Positions 50,901 through 56,025 of a DNA stretch of 56,025 nucleotides are shown in pieces. The stretch comes from Girardia tigrina (taxonomy: Eukaryota). The position numbers and the translations under genes are program-made. The notes under the pieces are model-generated. The model worked only from the letters and a program-made list of their open reading frames with translations, searched no databases and had not been told where the DNA came from. Every line of letters starts with the position of its first letter. Within the stretch, counting starts at the first letter, position 1. The stretch lies in contig MQRK01242779.1 in NCBI GenBank assembly GCA_001938485.1, positions 1-56,025 on the forward strand. The letters are read 5' to 3'.

Positions 50901-53680
50901 ATTTGATGATATATATTTATAAAATTGACCAAATGTTTAAGGAAATGTTTGGGGAAAATATTGATGTTGTTTACGGTAAAAAGAAAATCGGAGTGAAAAA
51001 TGCAGAAGATTATGGAAGTGATGCGAATACCACAGATTTGGCAGAAGACAGTGACATCGATATAGACACAGGTTGGAGGTTTAAGTAATTACTACGCCGT
51101 TTATTCTGCATTCCAATATTCTAAAACGAATATTTAACAAGTATATCAAGATACTGATAAAACTATCAAAAAGTCTTTGATAATCTTTTAATAATTTCTG
51201 TATTGAATTCCTTTTTACAGAATTAGTAGTAATAGTACTATCTAAACATATTAAGTACAATTTTATCTGTACATGTACACGTACCTTTGCACATTTAGAC
51301 CATCTATATGCGAACAAATACAGCAGCGCATTAATGTTTTTGGCTCGCTTTTTCTAAAAAGATATAATAGTATATGTGAGCAATATTTTAAATTGTTTGA
51401 ATGTGTAAATGTATTGATGCTGTATGTTGATTTGAGTATGTTGTACTTAGAATGGTGATTCTCTCACCCATATATAAATTGGTATTTTTTTAATATTTAC
51501 ATGATTGACTATTCGAACATAATAATAATAATTTGATAAGTTTATATTTTTAAAATTAAATTTAATATTTTTTTAAGAAAACGAAAGCATTTAACTATAT
51601 TAAAAGCCGCTTATAGTGGCCACCGCTTAAGAGTAACCACCTTGATGTACGCACTGTATATGCAGCAACCTTTAATGCATGCTTTGGCGCTGACTTTGAC
51701 TTATAAATAGAACTTAGTATGTAATGGCCAGTCGGTTATAGTGGCCAATTTTAACAATTTGATAAAATGTTTATTATTGTGAGTTTTTGTTGAAAATGGT
51801 TAAAATTATTATATTTAATTAATATTTTTAGAAATTACGTATTTTAAAAAGATTTAGAAAATTGTTCGAATAATCATGATTAAAAATAGAAATAAAACAA
51901 CCAATTACAGCGATGTCAAACGGTAAACGATTTGTCGAGAGTTGTGATGACTCTACATGTGATAATAATAAAGATTCAAATGAAAATTGTCTCAATGTCC
52001 TTAACATTATAATAAAAATGTTATGATAAATTAAAAGGCGTTGCCGTTTGGCTAAAAGATTCTATTATGTGGCATAAATGCTTTTTAGATGTAACATTGT
52101 AATATTCTTTGAAAGTTATAAATCATAACAAAAGTAACGCTAGATCATGAGTGATTATTTTCTTTGTTTCCATAGTTCTACTTTCAAAATTTTTGCTATT
52201 CAAATTATGCTTTTTAAATTATTTTGCAGGAGTTAATTAATAATTAGTAAATTTTGTAATTACAAATGTGAGTAATATTTTGAATGATGAAATATATGTT
52301 GCTTCATGTTTTTTTAGTACTGTGTCTCTACTACCGAGAAGGTCGATTGGTATTTTTAGTGTTAAAATTTAAAATATAATTTAAATTAATTTATTTAATT
52401 TAATTTAAAATTTATTATTAGAGTTAAATTTGAAATTTCGAAAAATATCACAAAAAAAGATATAAAAAATTATTTAACTTAATAAAATATTAATTATCAA
52501 ATTAAAATTATAAAATAAATAAAATTGTTAATATTTGTATGAATAAAAAGGATTTGCCAAACAGATTTTCATTTCAATCAATAACGATGTCCATGAATGA
52601 AAGCTCTACTAAGGATTGTTCCAATGATGATCCAAATTGTATTTATAATAAAATTAATAATCAATCTCTGATAGATTATGGTATTTTTAGTTCATCCCAA
52701 AGTACTAAAGAATTAAGTAAACATTTTAACAAAATATTATAACCTAAACATCATCAAATTTTTATTCTTGGCAACAATATTATGAAATCTGGTAAATTGT
52801 TTTTGAGTTGTGGGAATTCGAACTGCTTTAAGATGAAATATTTATAAAAGATTTAGGAAGTTATGGAAATTGAATTATAGTTTTGATTTTATAAGTGGAA
52901 GAGGTTGATAAAATATAATATTTTAATTAAATTAATTTGAATAATATTTAAATTAAGACATTCTTGTTCCAAATGATAAAGGTAAATTCTTCAAGGAAGG
53001 ATTCATACGCATGATTTACGACCACAATTTTTATTTGTTTTGGTTGACTGAATTATTTCACTCTCATAATATCATAAAAAATATTATTAAATTTTAAAAA
53101 TGTCTTTAATCTTATTCAGATATTAAATAGTTTACTTTCTTTAAATAAAACATTGCATAGTTTTAACAACTAATTGTTAGTCAAACCTGATCAGCGGGTC
53201 AAAATAATTCTTAAACGAGGAGGAAAGCCCCTTCAAGATCATATGAAATCGGTTGTAGAAAAATCTTTTTTAGAGATTTTTCAGTCAAATGATGAGAAAA
53301 GTACTGAACTAATTATTAATTATTAACTTTATTCACAATTTTGACAGATTCAAAAGTTAACTTTTTATCAACTTATCGCTTGGTAGATCCAAATAATTTG
53401 GAGAAATACGCTCGTTTTTTTGCGGTTGAAGATCATGATGATATGGACGGGATTATTAATTACAAAGTAGTCCATGATGTTTTATTCATTATGAATTGTG
53501 TTTCGTTCAGGGCTGTCGAACTGCTATCATGAATTTGAAAAGAACTCAAGTTATTAACAATTTGACGGAAAAACAAACGGATTATATTATGCTAGCTCTC
53601 GATATTGACAAACATACCGAAATTACGTTCCGAATGTTTTCTGTGATTTCAGCTCTTGCAGACAGGGTAACAAAATTGGA
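5917..53680 (+). CDS. Large multi-exon gene (22 exons reconstructed, ~1195 codons, incomplete at both ends): uncharacterised charged repeat protein with C-terminal EF-hand-like pair
   Basis: Exons 5917-6008, 10556-10604, 11351-11374, 11663-11737, 11795-11854, 12559-12691, 23976-24749, 24794-24878, 26236-26367, 37117-37601, 40423-40599, 44517-44529, 49706-49960, 50010-50222, 50267-50308, 50360-50498, 50551-50626, 50675-50898, 50942-51071, 53181-53300, 53348-53466, 53511-53680. All have AG/GT boundaries; total 3587 nt with matching phases and no stop. The 5' small exons are less certain than those from 23976 onward. Confidence 0.85.
6309..7985 (+). mobile_element. Degenerate LTR retrotransposon pol (RT - RNase H - integrase Zn finger)
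   Basis: VVQTAKGKVRLVLDFQA*NELLSSH...CVEKLR*FRRMG...IIDWRWFYLQI (6916-7090); VWCKASSI and SHINLIELEA...LMTD (7420-7620); HHFGV...CSHC (7860-7975). The left boundary is approximate. Confidence 0.75.
8020..8364. repeat. Foldback/MITE-like element with ~75-bp imperfect inverted arms
   Basis: aacagaaaagaattctgcaaattattacaaaat... matches inverted ...attttgtaataatttgcagaactcttttctgtt. Confidence 0.65.
8500..9357. mobile_element. Rearranged Charlie/Buster-type hAT remnant
   Basis: Minus strand 8520-8797: TTGKDVF...VGICTDGA...THC...HEAL...LKQVLDEVIKMV. Plus strand 8795-9150: NPF...FWVE...LLQFSTSYLCEAEFS. TIR-like end near 9340-9357. Confidence 0.8.
9615..10341 (+). mobile_element. Probable AT-rich solo LTR
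   Basis: Ends GAACTTAACA like the other copies; similar A-rich body; aacaatgtg repeated at both boundaries. Confidence 0.4.
10556..10604 (+). CDS. Host gene exon (HHQRRYPNFLDTFKLM)
   Basis: ttactaat branch-like site, ttcag| acceptor, |gtaaga donor; bridges phase 2 to phase 0. Confidence 0.6.
11351..11374 (+). CDS. Candidate 24-nt symmetric microexon (IHKTPLRM)
   Basis: tacag| and |gtaaat; phase 0-0, so it is not required for frame. Confidence 0.45.
11663..12691 (+). CDS. Host gene exons 11663-11737, 11795-11854, 12559-12691 (GIQSRMLDHFSIVGGGRDPDGFVRR / KRDEDCLKCMLRIPHKKCES / HKYIRVGGGYRHSYYYVRMLLERIELNRQREEMLRRRLEAISEG)
   Basis: Canonical GT-AG introns (first is 57 nt) and open frames; phase-1 end matches the exon at 23976. 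Confidence 0.75.
11897..12098. mobile_element. Tigger/pogo-like MITE, degenerate
   Basis: CAATCGTCTCTCGCTAATCCGTGAATTATGGGATCG versus inverted CGGTCCCATAATACAAGGATTAACGAAAGTCAAGTG. Confidence 0.5.
14462..16853 (+). mobile_element. AT-rich solo LTR interrupted by a mariner
   Basis: Starts TGTTGAG, ends TCAAGAACCCAACA as in the copy ending at 48155; ~1.07 kb once the mariner is removed; TSD only 3/5. Confidence 0.55.
15046..16366 (+). mobile_element. Full-length mariner (DD34D, cecropia/Hsmar1-like TIR); transposase disrupted
   Basis: TA|TTAGGTTGGTCGAAAAATAATGGCGGTTTT and its inverted copy ending at 16366|TA; motifs LVPHDL, IVTCDDK*ILYDN, HHDNARPH, YSPDFSPTD; frameshift near 15650 and an in-frame stop. 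Confidence 0.93.
16870..17130 (-). mobile_element. Possible 3' remnant of another RTE-like LINE
   Basis: Heavily decayed resemblance to RTE C-terminal residues. Confidence 0.3.
18125..18431 (-). pseudogene. myo5: Myosin V N-terminal exon fragment (SH3-like region and start of motor)
   Basis: ELYSKG...[35 protein letters not shown]...IYTYCG matches class V myosin. Conserved W/W/P/P/F are substituted, the expected donor reads GA, and the next exon (IVLVAINPY) was not seen. Confidence 0.85.
18948..19123. mobile_element. pogo/Tigger-type MITE
   Basis: TA|CAGTGAAAGCCGCTTATAGTGG ... CCACTATACGCGACTTTAACTG|TA; related copy at 51598-51750. Confidence 0.8.
20205..21876 (-). mobile_element. Full-length pogo-superfamily (Passer/POGK-like, DD35D) DNA transposon
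   Basis: TA|CCGTAATTTCCGCACTATAAG and CTTATAGTCTGGAATTTACGG|TA; internal subterminal TATAAGCCG repeats. Confidence 0.92.
20477..21655 (-). CDS. pogo-like DDE_1 transposase, 392 aa
   Basis: Brinker-like and CENP-B-like HTH N-terminus; NMDE, ICDSMRAH, QPLDISVN with 35 residues between the last two Asp. Confidence 0.9.
   Translation of the reverse strand: MNRSSYTSEWKLKAIKLAQSNGNRKTALELNVNESMIRRWRKQENELRQVKKSRKSFRGNTPKWAHLEDDLKNLVYEMRSVGRCILTVSIWVKAKTLAKELGIMNFSGGQSWCTRFMKQNNLSIRCKTTLAQRLPADFEEKVSIFREFCQTKIAEKNIHYDSIFNMDEVSIPFDMPANHTIEQVGAKSVPIMTTGNEKTSCTVVLACSSSGLKLPPMVIFKRKTLPKGIFPDGVVVTAHEKGWMDEKLMQAWVGEVFIKRPGVFFHTSSSMLICDSMRAHLTEAVKSLLRRANSVLSVIPGGFTKIVQPLDISVNKSFKVKLRNTWEEWMMSGDHTFTKTGGQRRVDFVTITKWILESWNTIPTSTIINGFIKTDIINSSGVQGVIETKIKL
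22004..22710 (+). mobile_element. HINE/DINE-1-like element family A (two heads, either side of a gap)
   Basis: 5' TACAAGCTTTTAT, (GTTT/GTCT)n microsatellite, TGAAATTT/TGAAACTT motif, 3' inverted ATAAAAGCTTGTA followed by hairpin ACCAAAAA-TTTTTGGT. Confidence 0.8.
22712..23105 (+). mobile_element. HINE/DINE-like repeat family B, copy 2
   Basis: Similar to 4494-4880; ends GATTTACTAG; directly abuts the family A element. Confidence 0.72.
23976..24749 (+). CDS. Host gene exon with four ~60-63 aa RTKSGRxxEK repeats
   Basis: ORF 24059-24775 extended upstream to a gactag| acceptor; donor aaag|gtaaat. Confidence 0.92.
24794..26367 (+). CDS. Host gene exons 24794-24878 and 26236-26367
   Basis: 44-nt intron before the first exon; accag| and |gtaagt around the second; phases consistent; the second matches ORF 26165-26371. 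Confidence 0.85.
25056..25870 (+). mobile_element. Degenerate mariner remnant
   Basis: TA|CGTGGTACGTTCAATAAGT TIR-like start; VREFKGGRTSV, LITKDETP, KGVILMDF; related to 40992-41900. Confidence 0.65.
26700..26860 (-). mobile_element. RTE-like LINE 3' fragment
   Basis: EEGKVCFGTVPRGRDK*SPW resembles the RTE C-terminal EGxxxGxRPRGRxxxxW. Confidence 0.4.
26940..27315 (-). pseudogene. Decayed host-gene fragment, BTB-BACK-like
   Basis: EIAIENVC...FNLK*ECC...DIIKLNFKTFMEMIDKSNI across frameshifts; resemblance judged by eye only. Confidence 0.35.
27335..27900 (+). mobile_element. HINE/DINE-like element related to family A
   Basis: ACCACGTTTTT (27341) with inverted AAAAACGTGGT (27871); (GTCTGTTT)n; CAAATCTTGCGAT block shared with family A. 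Confidence 0.72.
28711..29030. mobile_element. hAT-type foldback MITE
   Basis: TAGGGCACGGAATTTAATGACC termini, ~130-140 bp inverted arms, perfect 8-bp TSD ATTATAAA (28703-28710 / 29031-29038). Confidence 0.9.
29680..30030 (+). mobile_element. maT/DD37D-like transposase remnant
   Basis: FFSDEQNFT and SVHILIIVSSEVNVMKLHFF...INSDIYPDVL. Confidence 0.55.
30309..31649 (+). mobile_element. Full-length IS630-like DD34E Tc1/mariner-superfamily element; transposase disrupted
   Basis: TIRs CAGGGTTTTTCAATTAAA; ORFs 30463-30753 (HTH) and 30923-31486 with FLDEAG, MDNYAIH, PPYSPQLNPVE (D34E); stop and frameshifts between the ORFs. Confidence 0.88.
32229..32266. repeat. (TAA)n microsatellite
   Basis: Direct read; (TA)n tracts also at 163-185, 13355-13461, 31858-31899, 35899-35927. 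Confidence 0.9.
37117..37601 (+). CDS. Host gene exon with three SYxSxxSAGGT basic repeats
   Basis: ORF 37019-37624; ttccag| acceptor in phase 2; donor aaag|gttatt. Confidence 0.9.
37766..38719 (-). mobile_element. Miniature LTR element: ~124-bp LTRs, gag remnant, no pol
   Basis: Direct repeats 37766-37890 and 38596-38719, outer TG...CA, perfect 5-bp TSD TGATG; gag-like IFDGKNYDVVAWTEKL...IPMLLEGA. Confidence 0.88.
39388..40095. mobile_element. pogo/Tc2-type non-autonomous element
   Basis: TA|CCTGGATTTTCCGCAAATAAGCGCAA ... TTGCGCTTATTTTCGGAAAATCACGG|TA; GTCCCCCAAAA subterminal motif; internal inverted repeat 39888-39974. Confidence 0.72.
40423..40599 (+). CDS. Host gene exon with fourth SYFSEVSVGGT repeat
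   Basis: ttttag| and |gtaata; translation parallels the third repeat in the previous exon; missed by the ORF track. Confidence 0.88.
40992..41900 (+). mobile_element. Degenerate mariner
   Basis: FRWLNFFPSGRTSVMDVEKSGRP, FAPRFLT, IITVNET, TAFWDANDII, HDNAPIH across broken frames. Confidence 0.8.
42680..44095 (-). mobile_element. Second IS630-like DD34E transposase pseudogene, split by a HINE
   Basis: N-half 43500-44095 (...TIRSKKFSVLATISK) and C-half 42680-43080 (IIDNFSIHK...YLSPYCAQLNHIEEVFPKWK) parallel the 30309 element. Confidence 0.8.
43080..43500 (-). mobile_element. HINE/DINE-like repeat family B, copy 3
   Basis: Reverse-complement match to 22712-23105; interrupts a transposase. Confidence 0.75.
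44517..44529 (+). CDS. 13-nt microexon (ATTCTGAAGAAAG; D-S-E-E-S)
   Basis: cttcttttcag| and |gtaaag; converts phase 1 (40599) to phase 2 (49706). Confidence 0.72.
45020..45452 (-). pseudogene. Decayed host-gene fragment, possibly ankyrin-repeat
   Basis: GC-richer block after a tttgtttag acceptor; GIHVDFMDIQSGRTRLD resembles ankyrin GADVNxxDxxGxTPL; contains stops. Confidence 0.35.
46060..49437 (+). mobile_element. Charlie/Buster-type hAT element, internally deleted and interrupted
   Basis: TIRs CAGTGGTTCCCAAA / TTTGAGAACCACTG; TSD 6/8 (CCTGCTAT/CATGCGAT); BED finger PQCVFCSEILANDSLKP, KKPHTIAE, HTEVRWLSKG, PFTSTYLCEKAFS; central catalytic part missing near 48300. Confidence 0.92.
47218..48155 (+). 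mobile_element. AT-rich solo LTR inserted in the hAT transposase
   Basis: TGTTGGG...CCCAATA with 5-bp TSD GAACG/TAACG; removing it restores YFER-KSMETQ. Confidence 0.8.
49706..51071 (+). CDS. Cluster of seven host gene exons (duplicated SDATTDSD charged-helix exons, then acidic/basic region)
   Basis: Six GT-AG introns of 43-52 nt; continuous frame; accounts for the ORF fragments at 49695, 49990 and 50903. Confidence 0.9.
51598..51750. mobile_element. Truncated copy of the 18948 MITE
   Basis: Shared AAAGCCGCTTATAGTGG...GCAGCAACCTTTAATGCA...GGCGCTGACTTTGACTTATAAA. Confidence 0.75.
53181..53680 (+). CDS. Host gene exons 53181-53300, 53348-53466, 53511-53680, EF-hand-like region
   Basis: 47- and 44-nt introns; FAVEDHDDMDGIINY and ALDIDKHTEITFRMF resemble EF-hand loops with flanking helices; donor |gtaaga at 53681. 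Confidence 0.85.
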
Positions 53681-55818
53681 GTAAGATTTTAAACAATGAT
53701 TTCCATGAATACCATCCACTTATGTATAGAGACAGCCTTAATATCATCTTTTTTTCATTATATTAGTAACTTTGGCTAGCCCTAACAATGTTTAAAATTT
53801 ATGAATGACAATTTAGCTGTAAATTCCAATTTTATTTGAGAAGATTCTTCAGAAAGTACATATAGTAAGAAAGTATGTATAATATTGTTGGGATTTTAAA
53901 TTTTTAAATTTAAATATTTACTTTTTAAAACACAAATCTTTAATCTGTAATCTGTAATCTGACTCAAATTAATCAGTAAGGACTTCCAACATAAATATAT
54001 AAGTAATGAACACAACTTCTTTTATGAAAATTTATTTTCAAATAACGAAAATTAACACGTAGAATAATAATAATAATTCAATTCTTTGGTGACATAATAC
54101 AAACACAAAACAATATTTCGTGCCAGTTAACAGATTTCAGTAAAAACTGTGAATCTCCAAAACGAACGATGATTTGTTTTCTACCTAAAAACCTTGTTCT
54201 CCCATACGGGGTACTTATGGTTTTAATTAAATTTCAAAAATATAAAGTAAAAATTAATATTAACTTTACTTGCGTACTATTGTAGAGTAATTTTTTGAGC
54301 TAAATTTTGTACAATTTCTTGGGCACACTAAACTAAATTTACTGCTGTTTATTCATTAGTTTTCTTCAGCTTTGAAAATGGATTAAATAAAACAAACATT
54401 GAAGTATTTATGTTTAATTCCAAATTTTGTTAAAAATGTCCATGTATTTTTTGAAACCCTAACAATATGCTTTAAGTATAAAATTAGGAGAGTATAAGAT
54501 TATATTATAATCTTTCGATGTTTGATATACCCTCGATCGGGAGTTGTTCCTCAAACAATAAATAATGATTGAAACGAGCAACAATAAGAAAATCACCACC
54601 ATCTTTTATCAGATGAAATGCCTTAGTTTAAATTCTGTTAAACAATCACAAACAATTTGTTAAAACTAATCCTCTTTCTTTTATTGTTTAATTTAGTTGT
54701 TATTTAAAAAAAGTTTTTTTTTATAATTTTCAAATACATTGTGGCTGAAATGTTTAGTTCGATTGATTTGGATATCTATTGTGAATTTTTTGAAATCAAT
54801 CGAAAACTTTGTTTAAATGAAATCGTGCCCACTTTATTTTTGACTTCCTCGATATCAGTATAAATTGCTTATTTCGATTTCCAATTGATGCGACAATAGC
54901 TTCTTTGATCTGAGACTCGCTTTTGCCGATTCCAGTGAGTTGCCAGGCAAAAGAAAGTAATTCTCTTGTTCAGTTTCACAACCGGTATTATTGATACTCA
55001 AATAATTTTTCATTTCACAATCATCAATTATCTCCTTGATAATATCAGGAGAATAATCCGGCCGATTTCTATACAATTTCTATTGAAATTTGTTGTTAAT
55101 GAGTTGTGAGAAATCTTCTATTAAAATTGACATTGAGTTATAAAATCCATCAATAAATAACGACTAAAATTTTTAAAAAATTAGATCGAAATTTAAATTT
55201 TTTTACATTAAACAAACGTTACTAAGCAACTGTTTCGACAAACAAATTTTTAAAGAATTTTATCGATCACAAACAAAAGTTAATTTTTTAATACACAAAA
55301 TTTTATAATTAAAATTTGTTTTATTTAATTATTCAATTTGGAACATTCGAAATTATCAAGTCACTTGTTTTACAGGAAAGTAAAATAAGTTTGCGAGGAA
55401 TTTTTTGTTAATATTAAGATTTATATCTGATTAATATTGTTTCTCCCAAAGATATTTCTTGTTTCCAAAAAACTACGTTTTTTAAGCAATGATATTGTTT
55501 TTATTGTTTGCTAGAAAATATAGATTAAACATAATTTACATATAAATTATCATAAATTTATATGATCTTAAATAAATTCGTTTGTATCGCCTGCAATACC
55601 AACACCATTTTTTGTGCTGAAAATAAAATTCCCTCTCAAAAAAGCTGAAAAATCATTCCTTTGTTCGAAACTGGAAGTTCTATTTGTTTCCAATCGAGAG
55701 AAAAAAATTAATGGTCGTACATTTCGAGGAATTATGGAGTTGTAATAAGCGCACATTTCTTTAGTGATTTTAATTTTTGATAGCTCTTGAGATATTTGAA
55801 TGTATATTATCATGTATT

Positions 55819-56025
55819 TGTTGGGATATTGGGTGAGTTTATATTTATGAACAAGAAAATTAAAACAAAGTTTCTTTTATAAGATTTATTTTTTATAAAC
55901 AAAATCTACAAGTTGGATTACAAAGTCGATTTTAGGTACTTAACCTATATGAAATTTGCAATTTGCGATAATACCGGGAAGAGAATTCTCTTTCTCGGAA
56001 TTATTTAAATATATAAAATATATAT
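55819..56025 (+). mobile_element. Possible start of another AT-rich LTR
   Basis: TGTTGGGA followed by a similar body; runs off the window. Confidence 0.35.

Noticed and set aside
54758-54843. Possible next host exon in phase 2 (SIDLDIYCEFFEINRK...)
   Set aside because: No clear donor and it overlaps an antisense coding-like block; unsupported.

Overview
AT-rich animal genomic DNA with assembly gaps; it is not prokaryotic, and I saw no CRISPR array, rRNA gene or tRNA gene. The 43-57 nt short introns, multi-kb TE-filled introns and a cecropia-type mariner are compatible with a planarian-like flatworm (inference only). Most of the window is one plus-strand spliced gene that I reconstructed by hand: 22 GT-AG exons from 5917 to 53680, about 1195 codons, phase-consistent at every junction and open at both ends. 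It encodes an uncharacterised, highly charged protein with three separate repeat families (RTKSGR x4, SAGGT x4, SDATTDSD x2) and a C-terminal EF-hand-like pair. A 13-nt microexon is needed to keep the frame. The introns hold nested mobile DNA: an RTE LINE, Tc1, mariner, an intact-ORF pogo/Passer DD35D element, IS630-like DD34E elements, Charlie/Buster hATs, MITEs, Helentron-associated HINE/DINE-like elements, AT-rich solo LTRs, and LTR-element remnants with very short LTRs or a DIRS-like RNase H. The introns also hold antisense fragments of unrelated host genes, most clearly a decayed myosin V first exon. All family assignments come from motif recognition by eye; no database searches were run.
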